From the NCBI RefSeq assembly GCF_009914755.1, contig NC_060927.1: 64,000 nt of DNA; one strand, written 5' to 3'. Both the position numbers and the translations under genes were made by a program. Below, piece by piece: positions 1 through 13,217 of this stretch. The notes under the pieces were generated by a model. That model worked only from the letters and a program-made list of their open reading frames with translations. It made no database searches and was not told where the DNA came from. Numbering within the stretch: the first letter of the stretch is position 1; each line of letters opens with the position of its first letter. Source of the stretch: the human T2T-CHM13v2.0 reference genome, Homo sapiens.

Positions 1-124
1 CTTGGTATCTGTGCCTTCTTGTTCTGTTAATCTTTTTTATATATGTGTCTTTTCTATCCAAGGGAAAGTTCTACATTTTTACTGCTGAGGAGTAGAAAAG
101 TGTTTTTGTATTCCTAGAAGATTT

Positions 125-159
<35 letters not shown>

Positions 160-202
160 CTGTGTGTGTGTGTATGTGTGTGTGTGTATGTGTATATATA
201 TA
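125..202. repeat. Compound (TA)n(TG)n microsatellite
   Basis: Directly visible TA run, then an interrupted TG run, then TA. Confidence 0.95.
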
Positions 203-945
203 GATATGAGAGGAATAATACACATTGATGACAATTCTAGATATTTGAAAGCTATGCATACTTCAGAATCAGCTTGCTAACATCTTTATTCTCTGGGTTT
301 TTAAGAGTTTTATCTACAGGTATTTGTATCACTTAGATCTCCCAGCCACTTCTTCTGTTTGCATAACTCATTATAGGGGATATATTGATCCTATTATACA
401 GTCTGTTTCCCAGAGCTAACATACTGCCCTGTATATAGTGACAGCTGCATAAATGTATGTTGATAATGGCACTATTGCAACTCATATTCAATGCCTGCCT
501 TTTTCTTATTCAAATAGTTGAGCATATTTTTAAATATATGTGTTCAAATACTATATAATCACAATGATTATATTGATTGTAATGCACCTAAACAGAACAT
601 TATGCAAGAGGCATAAAATACTATCCATTCTTAATATTGAAATTAGCTTAGTTTCAGAATTTAGGGAGAATATAGCTAGCATGATCCTTCTCAGGGCTGT
701 ATTTTGATTCTTTTTTAACAGAATGCCTCTGAGTAGCTATTAAAAAATTAGTCCAAAAGAACTGGAGATCATGTCCTCATACACAGAGTTGTACATCCTG
801 AGGGTGTAACAGCCACAGTGAAGGGAGTTCGGATGAGTATCTGCTCTGGTAACTGGAAAACAACTAAAGCAACATATTTCTAGGATATATGGATCAGGTA
901 GACCTAGCATTGAAGCATACTGACAAATAACTGATTGATGCTCCT

Positions 946-1050
946 TTCATTCATTCATTTTACCAAGATTTACTGAACATCTACTATGTGTCCCCTGAAA
1001 ATACAAAGGTATTTCCTACAAGGTGTATATGGTCCCAGGTTGAGCTAGAA
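946..1050 (-). mobile_element. L2 3'-end fragment
   Basis: TTCATTCATTCATT...ATTTACTGAACATCTACTATGTG is the reverse complement of the L2 3' tail. Confidence 0.6.
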
Positions 1051-3097
1051 TGCTGTTCTTCCTTGGGAGCAAAGTTTTTTTGTTTTTTAATCTAGTTTTT
1101 ATAAAGGCAGAAGATAAGTTCTTGTTGATAGTTTCAATGATGTATCTTGGACCAAAAGTCAGAATCCATTTTAGGAAAATATAGGCAGATATTAGAAAAA
1201 TTATAGCATAAACTATGTCCTCTCCCTTCCTCAGTGGCAACCCAGGATTATTTTAGTGTTTTCTATCTCTTTTGATCTTACTGTCCCCTTCCTTTATTAT
1301 AAAGATAAGCCCTGCAAATCTTTACATCTGTCAATATCCATGTTCTTTTATCAAAAAGCATCTGAAACACATTCACACCCAATAATAAATGGCTTAAAGT
1401 CCCTTAAACCATTATTGTTTTCCCATAGGTACTTTCATTTTAACCAGAAAAAAAAAAAAAAGTAATGGCAGTAGGTTTGAGGACCATTAGGTAGTACGTT
1501 GCAGGCCAACCACACTTTAAAGATGGCTGCATATACTAATTACATCTAAGAATAGAAAGTCCTAACACAAGCAGAGAGTGATGAGATTGGATTGACAATC
1601 AGATTTAATGAAGAAGATAACCATTCACTGTTGTTAGCTCTCAAGAGGCAAAATTCCTTTCTATAGGAGTTTTCATAAAGTTGACAAATCATGGTATTGA
1701 ACCCCACCTGGCACAGTTCTGAATCCCAGGTGAGATGGGCAATATGAGTTAGTGCCTCCTTTGTCAAGTTCTGTTAAGGTCGTCCTTAGCACTCTGATTT
1801 CCATGTTGACAACATGGAATAAGTTTGTTTTCTCATCACTATCACTTTTGACTTTTGTACCAGTAATGGCAGCCAAAAGGCCCTTAGTCATTGCCGTTTT
1901 TCCTACATTTATTCAGAGACATTTCAGGACTTAAGATCAGGTCAGAATATTTTCTTTCTGCTCAGTAAGATAAAACCATATTAGAATTCAAGACGGAGTT
2001 GTAATGTTTCTCACAGCTGTTTAGAGCAAAAATATACAGAAGATTTAGTTGCAATATAGTTACTATAGTTGTATCTTTAAACTAATGCTACAGTCACTGT
2101 GGGAGTGACAGTTTCAATGCTAAAAATTCAGCCTTACAATTGGCTGAGTAGATACTTAGATTGTGATTTATCTTCCACGTGATTTATATTTCTGCTTCTG
2201 TACAAACTTCTAAATCAACTTGATCTCAAAGTTGGAGGTTTCTTATATACAGGGATGTGAACAATTATTCTTACTCTGTAAAAATTTAAAGAAAATTAGT
2301 TTCCATTTTCATTTTGCTTTCTTTCTTTTTTGTCCATTTGCTTTTGCCTAACTTGGTAATGCAATGCTCTCATTTATTAGCAAAGTTTCTCTATACAGAG
2401 TGCTGAATTCCTCGTGATAATTGTTTACTCTGCCAAGGTTTTAAACTATGAGAAAAGTTTTCTAAAATAGGCTGGGGAAAAGAAATCAAGGGCTATATTT
2501 GAACATCAGAAACATATTTTTCTTCATCAAAGAGAAAATGGTTAGAAAATGTAAGCCTAAAAGTTAGCCCAAAACAGAGATTAATTTTAATTAAGGCTCA
2601 GAAAAAGAAGACAAGAGTATTGATAAATGACTTTCTTTGCTTTGCTTTCCTTTCCATTTTCTTTCACGGTGTATGCTTGAGGTCATAAGATTTTCTAGGC
2701 TTCAGTAGAGGCTCATTATAGAGTAAAAAATCATGGCAGTTTCAGGAATTCCAAATGAAGAGTCACTAGTGTTAGGCATGGTATGATGTTAAGGTACATC
2801 CTCAGACTTCATAATTATTTTAGTCTAAAATATTCACTGAGCTCCTGCTAACTAAAAGACATTGATCTAGACACTACAGGGAATACAGAGCTAGACAGAC
2901 TTTAAAAATCCAATCTACTGAGCTATTGACATAGATGTACATTAACTATATACGGAACCAATATGAGGCAGGGAACTGGGCTACAAGTTCACGTTGGATA
3001 CAGGGGTAAATAAGGCTTCAATGCGATCAGTGAATACTGTAGTGCCCAGGGAGAGCTCTGCATCCACATGGACCTAAAATGTGCAAGGGAAAGGAAG

Positions 3098-3232
3098 CTG
3101 CTATTGATTAAGCACTGAATCAGTACTAGGCACGCCAGTAGGAGTTTTATATATACTTTCATCTTTAATTATTACAACAGTCTTGTGAAGTAGATGTCAA
3201 CCCCAATTAGAAAACTGAGGCTAAAATGATTA
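3098..3232 (-). mobile_element. MIR fragment
   Basis: ...TTACAACAGTCTTGTGAAGTAGATG...GAAAACTGAGGCT, MIR core in antisense. Confidence 0.7.
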
Positions 3233-3507
3233 CAAAATGATCTCCATTAGAAGTCATTAATTAAAATCTGTATATTTCAGCATGGTTTCTGTAAACTCAG
3301 TAGACCCTAAGTAAAAAAAAAAATATAAATTACTGGTTGATTACTTCATGTATTTATTATGAAAATTCTGCCTCACTATATTTTACTCTTAAGCAAGGTC
3401 TCTCTGCCCTTCATCTATTTCAACATATAGGGTGGGTAATGTTCAGAATTTAGAGCATTCTTCCAGGAATGTAATCAGAATCTATCCCCCAGCATTCCTC
3501 AAAAACA

Positions 3508-4104
3508 GTAATTTTGAAAACAAATTCAAACCAATAGAGAAGCTGAAAAAATAGCCATACATTCAACACTTGTAATATGTTCATTATTCAACAACTGTCA
3601 AAATTTTGGTAAATTTCCTTTATCACACTCCCATCCGTTCTTCTCTCTCTATTTTCCCAAGAATCCAGTCTAGCTAGTTGTCTTGTAAAATATCTCACAA
3701 TCAGAGTTTACAGGATTATTTCCTCATGATTAGATGCAGGAGAAAAGATTTTTGGTAAGAATATTGTGTTATATAATGTTATTTATGTCTTTTTAAAATC
3801 ACATTGGAAGTACATAATACCAGGTTGTTCCCTGAATGGCGATGCTAAGTTTTGACTCTGGGTTTGTGTGGTTTCTACCATTATCTCTTATAAAAGAACC
3901 ATTTCCTTTTTATAAGTAATAAGAAGTCTATGGGGTATACGGCATAAAACTTAAAGATAAGCAAATATTGTATTTCCTAACAACCTTTCACCCAGTAATT
4001 TTAGCATTTATTAGATACCCCTTGCCCTGACAAAATACTATAATGTAGTTATATAATGATGATTTTTAAATTTCAACATTCCTGCCATGTATTTTAGTTG
4101 GCAT
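3508..4104 (-). mobile_element. Old L1 (L1MC4/5-like) 3' UTR fragment
   Basis: TTTTGAAAACAAATTCAAACC... and CCTTTCACCCAGTAATTTTAGCATT...TAGTTGGCAT resemble the antisense L1MC 3' end. Confidence 0.55.
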
Positions 4105-5690
4105 GTAACAGTATAGTATTGAGTTTATCACATATGTAAAAGCAAAGTGTATGAAAATCATACCACATAGGTTAAGAAGAAAAAAATGGAAGTATATTAG
4201 TTTGTTTACTATGCTGTATGTGCAATGATATATTATCACTTGAAAGTAAACTGTAATAAATTAAGATACGAACCCTAAAGTGATTACTAAGTTAACAATC
4301 TAAAAGTTATAGCTAATAGGTTAAAAAAGATTAGTTTAAATCATTTTAAAAATTTAATCTAAAAGAAGGCAGAAAAAAAAGGGAAACGAAAAAACACAGT
4401 CTAGTACAAATGTAAACCAAATAGACGATAGAGTTAAACCCAATCCTGTTAATAATCAAATTACATGAAAATGATCTAAACATCTTAATTAAAAGAGATT
4501 GTCATATTGAATAAGATAGCAAGATCCAACTATATGCTGCCTTATAAAAGGAATTTCAAATAAAGACACAAATTAACTATAAAAGTATGGCAAATGATAT
4601 ACAATACTAACACTAATAAAAAGAAAACTGAAGTAGCTATATTTTATCATAGAAAGTAGATTTCACAGTATATAATATTAGCAGGGTTAAAAAAGATAAC
4701 TTCATAATTATAAAGGAATCAATTCTCCGATAGAACACAGCAATCCTAAACATTTACACACATAGTAATAGATCTTCAAAACACATGAAGCAAAAAACTG
4801 ATAGAACTGCAAAGAGAAACAGACAATTACCTCTGAAAATGTCAATGCAACTCTCAATAAAAGATAGAAAAATAGAAAATAATCAAGAATATAGTAGATA
4901 TGAAAAACTCTATTAACTTATTTGACCCAATTGAATTTTTAAAACACTCCATGCAACATTTCCTCAGATAGACTATATATTGTGGGCAATAAAACACATT
5001 TTGGTAGATTACAAATGATGAATGTGCTACAAAGTATATTCTCTGATCACAATGGAATTACCTTAGAAATTAATAACAAAACAGTACCAGAAAATTTTAA
5101 AAAGCTAATCATAATGACTAGAATGTGGAACAATTGAAACCCTCACAAACTGCTAGGACATACTCACTTTAGAAAAGTTTGGCAGTTTTTAAAAAATGTA
5201 AACATTCACCTCCCATGTGATTCATTAACTCCACTCTTAGAGAACTGAAAGCATGTAACCATAAAATCCTTGCATGTAAGTATTCATAGCAGCATTATTT
5301 GTTAGAGGCAAAAATGACAAGTAATTTGTTAGAGTCAAAAACTATAATGGACATAACTGTCCATTAATATTTGAATGGATAAACAAATTGTTGTATAAAT
5401 GTATATACACAATATATACACACTATATACATTGTGTATACATTGTACATATGTACAATGGAATACTATTCAGTGACATAAAGGAATAAACTATTGACAT
5501 ATAAAACAGCATGAATAAATCTCAGCATAATTATGCTGAGTGAAATAAGCCAGAAAAAGTGTATACTATGTGATTCCATTTGTATATAATTTTAGAAATA
5601 GCAAACTAATCTAGCATGACAGTTGACACTTAGATTGCATACTTTAAACATTTGCAATTTATTTGATGTCAACTTTACCTTAATAAATCT
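4105..5690 (+). mobile_element. Old L1M relic: inter-ORF and ORF2 endonuclease region (to ~5100) joined to an L1ME-like ORF2 end/3' UTR
   Basis: CAAGATCCAACTATATGCTGCC (EN start), TCTCTGATCACAATGGAATT (EN end), then ATTCATAGCAGCATTATTTG and GGAATACTATTCAG typical of the L1 3' end. Confidence 0.8.
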
Positions 5691-6364
5691 AATCAAAACT
5701 AAGTAGAGTAAAATTAATGGCTCAAAAATAAAAGATATATAGAAACAGGTATGTATAGACCTCAGAATAGTCTCCCCCTCACCTCTGTATCTTTCACCAC
5801 ACATCATACAACAGAATAAATTACTAATGCACAAGACAGAACAAAAAGAAATATTCAAGTCCTAGAAAAAGCATAGATAAATGTCTTTTAACTGGTTACT
5901 GTTTTAATATAGGAAGGCCTTAATTTTAGTTATTTTAATTTTACATTTTATCCTTTTCTGAATTATTTTATTATTTGTGTTAGCTCTCTCATAGTTTGTC
6001 TTGGGTATGTCATATCATATCATCTGCAAATAGAGAGATTTACTCTTTTCCAATTCTTATGTCTCCATTAGATATGCTAATGTCAGTTCTGTCAAAAAAA
6101 AGCATATGCCTTGTGTTGAATACCAAAGATTCATAAACTCCCCCATGAGCAAAATTTAATCTAATTCTCTTTCTTATTAGATATCAATAAAAAATCCTAA
6201 CTGGAACAATGTTTAAGGCTATTTAAACATTCATATACCTAGTATTTAAAGGAAAGGAGACACTGAAAAGAAGTCATTTATCTTCAAAAACTGCAAGCTG
6301 CAAACACATTATGTGCATCAGTGAAGTTCTTAGGATTCAAAAAAATGATATGGCAGAAAAATAG

Positions 6365-6560
6365 TTTTCATTCATTGCCTTATTTAATTCTCAGAATAGC
6401 CCAAGATGGTAGGTAATGTTATTATTGTCATTTTATACATAAAGTCTCTGAGGCTCAGAGAGTTTTAATAAGTTGATAATAGTCACCCAGTAACTAATTG
6501 TGGAGACACTATTTTATTTCAGGTCTACCTGATTTCAAAGTTCATGATCTGACCATTGCT
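6365..6560 (-). mobile_element. MIR
   Basis: ATTATTGTCATTTTATACATAAAGTCTCTGAGGCTCAGAGAG...GTCACCCAG core. Confidence 0.8.
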
Positions 6561-6600
6561 TTTGGCTAATTTCAGACTATATAAATTTTAGAAATTTACA

Positions 6601-7127
6601 TTGAGTTATCTATTATTGTGCAACAAATCACCCCAAAACTTAGTGGCTTAAAACAACAATTAGAAAGGCTAATATTTGGGCAGGATTCAGTACAGAAGTC
6701 TTCTCCATTTCCCACAGCATCATGTGGGTTGATTTGACTGGGGCTGGAGAATCATTTTGGAAGATGGCTCACTCATATGGTTGGCAAGTTGTTTAGGTCT
6801 CAGCTGAGTGCTTAGCCGGGATTGTTGGACAAAATACCTACAGACAGCCTATTCAAGTAGACTCTTTGCATGGACTAGTTTTGGCTTCTTCTCATGTATA
6901 GCAGCTGCATTCCAAAAACAAGCATCATAAACGTACCATGAGGAACCTAGATTGTCTTTCATAACCTAGTACCAAAAGTCACACAGCATAGTCACAGCTT
7001 ACCCAAATTCAAAGGGAAGTTACATGAACCCCTCACCTCTTACTTGAGGTGTGTCAACACCACATTATAAGAACATGTGGGATAAGATATAATATGGGAG
7101 CTATCTTTAAAATATACAATCTACCAT
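6601..7127 (-). mobile_element. MLT1 (G/H-like) MaLR solo LTR
   Basis: ACAAATCACCCCAAAACTTAGTGGCTTAAAACAAC and AAGATGGCTCACTCATATGGTTGGCAAGTTG are MLT1 hallmarks. Confidence 0.8.
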
Positions 7128-7182
7128 AGAAAATCTACAATATTTATTCTCAAAGCATATTCGATTAAAATTATCTGACATA

Positions 7183-7493
7183 TATCTTAGTCCATTTGTG
7201 CCACTGTAATAGAATACCTGAGACTACATAAAAGAACAGAAAATTATTTTCTTACGGTTCTGGAGGCTGGAAAGCCCAAGATCAAGATGCCAACATCTTG
7301 TGAGGGCTTTCTTGCTGCATCCTCATATCGTGGAAGATGGAGGGGCAAGAGAGGGCAATGGGGGGCCAAATTAACCTTTTTGTAAGCATTAATTCCACCC
7401 ACAAGGGTGAAGCCTTTATGGCTCTATTACCTCCCAAAGGTCCCAACTCCTGACACTGCCACAGTGGCAACCAAATTTCAACATAACCATAGC
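7183..7493 (-). mobile_element. MLT1A/MST-like MaLR solo LTR
   Basis: TCTTAGTCCATTTGTG...GTTCTGGAGGCTGGAAAGCCCAAGATCAAG...AAATTTCAACAT. Confidence 0.85.
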
Positions 7494-7544
7494 AACATAC
7501 ATGCCAAAATAATGATTTTTAGGTATCTGTTGAGAATTAAATAA

Positions 7545-7871
<327 letters not shown>

Positions 7872-10800
7872 AGAATTCACATTTCAAACAAATTATTTAG
7901 GTGGGTTTTATGCATCCTAAAATTTGAGATCTACTTGTCCAGTCCAATATTCTCATTCGAAGGAAAAAGAAAATAAGAACTAATGAAGTTAAATTGCTAT
8001 CCCAAGAACACAACATTAAATATGGTATTTTCAGCCTCTTCTTTGGTGCATGAATTATTAGGAACAAAGTTATTTTTTATTTATACAATAAATGTAGTAA
8101 CTATAATACAGAGTAAATCTGAGGGAGAACACTAAAAACTCCAATGCCTAAAGGGACAATGAGTGTGGAAGACCTGGTATTAGATACAATGGGAAATTCA
8201 GGAAAAAGTGATGAACAGGAAACAGAATGATCAAAGGTCATAAATTGTCTTTGGCTGAAAGACCTCTAGAGAGGTCTAACTCTCACTAGAGAGTGCCTCA
8301 CTCTATTCATAGTGGGCAGGAGATGTTTATTGAATGCTTATTGAATAAACAGTAGGATTACCTGAGAGAAGGAAGGTTTCAAGGCCTGCAGGAAGTAGCT
8401 GAAAATGAACCGATGATATGCACTGATTTGTTTGTCTTAGATTTTAAATGGATGTACATTCTGATTTTCCCTGTCTCTTTGGGTACAGGTACACAGAGAT
8501 ATCCATATAAATATACAAACATACACACTTACGTGAATAAAAGCCTTTGCTGTTGCCATGATTGAGCAGAAACAATTCCTTTAAAATGTATAATTTTACG
8601 AATACTCTGTCACTTCCATAGATGATAAAGTCAATGAGGAATTTATTGTTTTCCCAAACCAGTAGAAGTTCTCCAAAAGGCTGACATCAGTGCTTTCCAA
8701 TGGACAAGATCCCTGCAGACCCCTGTTTGTGACCCTTTAAGTGCTTGCCCTCTCTAGACTCTGTGAACAATAGGCAAATACTCAGATACCCTTATTTCTA
8801 CGCAAAAAAAAAGATAGATATATATTTATATATTCTAATTCTAATTCTGATGGAGAAACTAACTTTGGTTCATCAAAGTACTTCTAAATGAAGCAGAAAC
8901 AACCCTCTCCTTTAATAAAAAATAAATAAATAAAACTCCAAGGTAAATAGCCAGAGGCATAGTGGCAAACATAAGACTTGTGTTTAAACTTCTGGGACAA
9001 TGGATAAAGCGTATTTAAAAGAATCAAAACCAGCTTTAAAAGAAAAAAAAAGTGCTGCTGCTGCTGTTAACATCTCTGCTGATGTGAACCTCTCACTGGC
9101 CTTTGCCTATCAGAGGCAGTTGAGATTCATCCACATGCCCGTTTTGTCTTTCTGCTATTGCTGATTGCTAATTTTGTGGGTATTAATTACAAAGTTCAGT
9201 CCTTCCCCTATTGAGTCTGAAATAGAGAATGAGGGCTAAGTATAGAACAAAAGCTGTCAAATTCCCCTATCCACTCAGTACATTTAAGGCCAAGGACACG
9301 CAAAGCAAAGAAACACATTCCTCCCCTTTCAGGAAATTTTCTGTGAAATTAGGATGACTCAAACTTTCCTTCTAGGTCCTTAAAGGGTGGGTGTTACAGA
9401 CATTCCATTTTTGAATGGCCCTAAAAAGTCTTTCTCTGTAAGATATGGGCAGAGGGGTAAAATTATCTCAGCTCATTGAACACAAATAAATGTTCTGGCC
9501 ATTCTTTCCTGCATGATTAAACCATTGTCTTAGTCACAGCTCGGCCTCTAATTCTCAAATTAATTCATTGCTTTAGAGTTGTTTTTCAAGAGGAGAAAAT
9601 AAGAAAAAGAATTTTCTTTCTTAGTGAATAGAATTAACTATTTCACTTTTCATCTCAGGGACAAATCCCACACTCTGGGATTGCCAACTGGTTGTTTCAG
9701 CCACAAGGTTCAATATGTGGCACATCCTCACACTTTCTTCCCAAGAATGTGTTTCCTGGTTGGCAGTTTCCATATGAACCAGAAAGGAGCGCTAGACAAA
9801 GAAAAAGCCAATCCACCACACTAGTAGATTTAACAGATGGCAGTGATGAACTTTTTCTCTGCTAATTACAAAGATAATTTGACTCAAGTGTACTATCAAG
9901 GAACTTGTTTTTCCCTCTTCCTTCTCTTCCTGCCCCATCACTCTTTTTTCTGTTCTCCCCCTCTGCAAAATATGTGTCACATACAGTTACTTAGCTATTA
10001 CTTTTTGAAACTTTATTATGTCTTTGAGTTTTCATTTTTCACTCTACATTGAGTGAGTGGTTTGAGGGTATGAAAGGTTTCTCCTAATCTCTTAACTATT
10101 TGTGAAAATATTAGTTCAAGCACTTCTACCTTCATCCCCTGGACTTATAGCAATGACATTCTCTTTTTATCTTAGATCCTTCAAGAACTACTTTTCCCTC
10201 ACTTACATCACCTATATATTATTTTGTTGTGGTGGTTCATTTATTTTGCTAAGATATTCTTAGAATGAGAAGAAAGAAATGCCTATTGTTCCAAAGCTTA
10301 TCTCTTAGAATGTTTTAAGGATGTGAGAGTATGGAAAAACTTTTAAGTGTGGAGGAATTAAAAGTAGGTCAAAACAGAAATGTAATATAACAATTACCTG
10401 TAGATTTTTATTAAATGGACTTAAATAAGTTTCAAAGTCACTTTATAAACTTTAGAATAATCTCTGGGCAATCAGCATTTTCTCCTCTTTCTCCTGCAAA
10501 ATTTTGCTTTCTAAACCTGGGCAATTTAAAAAACAATGAAGAACGGCACTTCTTCCCATAGCCTTTCTGGTTCCCTGTTATTTTTCATAATGTCTGTATT
10601 TCTGAAAAGTTTGCCATTTAGAAGAGTTTTTCTCTGTGTAGATGAATGACTCTAAATGTTTAAGTTTGTTATGTTTGTTAAGTACAGATGAAATTAGATC
10701 TTTTATATATTTAAATTAGATGAAAGAATAAACGCCTGTCTGACAAAAATACAAAAGCCCCTTTCAAGATATGATCTTGAAAAAAAAAGTAAAAGCCCAT

Positions 10801-11217
10801 TCCCGTCATAGGTCTCAATTTGAAAATCTGTGTTCATCTTTTAAAATACTTTTTAGAATTAATGTGCTTTCATGGAGATAAAAATGGAAAAATAATTAGA
10901 CACTATCCTTCTTATTTGCATTCTTCAAACCCATTCCTGATTAAATAAAATTAGTAGGATTTTTTTTTCATTGATGGCATTTTCTGCGGAGTGGTAATTA
11001 AGTCTCAGCCATGATGAGTGACCCACCAGCGCCATAGGAAACCCATTTCCAGAGACACAGCTCTCAACTAGCCTTTCTAATAAGCAGTTGTTTATGAAAT
11101 GAGGATTTTACAGACTGTGCAGCGTTAGAACCAACATTTGCGAACTCCATAAGGTAAACCTGAGCTTAAATTTTCCTTTGCGAACTGCTGAAATCTGGCC
11201 ATAGTTCCCCTGGGGTT

Positions 11218-11270
11218 TGTGCGCGCGCGCGCGTGTGTGTGTGTGTGTGTGTGTGTCTGTGTGTGTGTGT
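11218..11270. repeat. (GC)n(GT)n alternating purine-pyrimidine tract
   Basis: GTGCGCGCGCGCGCGTGTGTG... Confidence 0.95.
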
Positions 11271-12332
11271 ACGATGAGACTGAAAGGAAAAGATTCAAAA
11301 ATCCCTGTAAACTTGCTAACACAATGTGCAAATCACTGAACCAAGTTACAGCGTCTGTTGGGTAGAAATGGCAAGAAGCCAGAGCTGAAAGTAATGGTGT
11401 GGACAGCCTCACTCCATTACTTACAAAGCAATTGATTCTGTTGTAGCCATTATATCACTCTCAATTTAAAAAGAAAAAAAAAAATGGAGGTGGTTTATCA
11501 TCTCTGCCTCTAATGGATAAGAATATAAATTTGCTCTCAATGTGGGATAAGTGAACTAAATATAAGGTGTTCAGCTTGTCAGTCTCTGCATCCAAGCCAA
11601 TGATGAGAAGACATATGCTCAACTCTGTTGCCAACTTTCATATTTGCTTCCTGTGAGAGGGCGTTCCCGGGTTGTGTGCTTGTCTAAATGGCTTCTGAAA
11701 GTCAAACCAGACTGAGGAAAAAATAGATATTTATCAAAGTCTGTCACCCCAAATGCTTGACTCTAGTGTATGATATGATGATTAAGATAGCAGGAAGATT
11801 TTTTAGGGTCTGGCATCACTACTGTTTTCTGTCTTTGGACTTGTGATTTTTGTTGCATTTATACTATTAGCTGGAAAGAAATAGATTATTGATTAAAAAT
11901 ACCTATATCATTTTATGGAGAAAATGTTTTTTAAAAATTTAAGCTGATGACTCCCTAATGCTAAAGCCAGTTAGAGAAAACTCTGTACTTTCCTGTCTGA
12001 TACTCAATACAAAACACACAGTCGAGCATACACGATATGCTTTTTATTAGAAACTTGTTCTGCTAACACTGTTTTAAAAACAAACAAATAAATAAATATA
12101 TCCAAGAAGACAATATAATATCAGACAGGAAAGTTAAGAGAGCAAATTAAGAATGAGGAAAGATACATTTTATCAGATTGCAGTTGCTTAGTTAATTGTT
12201 TATGCAAATTGCTCTCTGCCAGTTGGTTTGATTGCTGGGTATGAAAGGAGAAATCTGGACATGGTTATAAAGGGCTTTGCAGCATTGTTCAAGTTGGCAA
12301 GGTTATGAGCAGTTCATGTCTCTGGGTTTAAT

Positions 12333-12507
12333 GTAATAGTTCTCAAACTTGGCTGAACATTGCAATCACCTTGGAGCTTTAAACCATACTGATCCCTGTG
12401 TTTCACACTCAGAAATTCAATTTAACTATCTGGCTTTTCGTCTGGTTATCAAGACTGTTGAAAGCTCCGAAGGTGAATCCAACTGGCAGCCAGAATTCAG
12501 AACCTTG
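12333..12507. mobile_element. MER5A-like hAT-Charlie MITE
   Basis: TAGTTCTCAAACTTGGCTGAACATTGCAATCACCT...GGTGAATCC...CAGAACC, palindromic MER5 layout. Confidence 0.75.
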
Positions 12508-12619
12508 ACTTTCAGAAGTGAGATTCCCCAGTCATGTCCAACTGTTTCTTAAATGTAGGCATTTGAGCTCAAATTAGTCTGGGTCTTAGGAAATCCCTGT
12601 TACCATTAAAGGAAGAACA

Positions 12620-13179
12620 GGAGACATCTGTTGAATAGGTGAAACACAAGGACATTTTGGGGGAGTGAAACTATTCTGTTTAATATTGTAATGGTAGATG
12701 TAAACTATGCATTTACCAAACCCATTAAACTTTATAGCACAGAGTGAACCTTAATGCATATACATTAAGAAAAATATTTAGGAGCTTAAGTTATTTCAGT
12801 ATAAAATTTCAAATGTAACAAAAGATGTAACTGTGTTACAAATGTATGAAATAACCTCACTGAAAGAGAGAGAAAAAGGTGCTGACCTAAGTAAGTTTGC
12901 AAAATGAGTGAGGTCTGTGAAACCAAAAGTGAAAGTTATCTAAACACTGTACCGTAGTTGATAGGTTGTGTTACATGTCAGTACAGGTTACAAATTCTGA
13001 AACTACTCTGGATGCACACTGGAACTGAACAATTAATGAAACGGATGGCAGACAGTGGAGGGAGATTTCTCACTGGTGGAGTGTAAGATTACAGAGAGTG
13101 ATCTATGTGGTAATGAATTAGCATTGGAAATATCAGTATGAGCTCCTATTTAGCTTAATATTGATAAAAGTGTTAGAAG

Positions 13180-13217
<38 letters not shown>

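Noticed and set aside
9120-9135. Third copy of the inverted-repeat arm (shared GAGATTCATC)
   Set aside because: Similarity does not extend beyond about 10 bp
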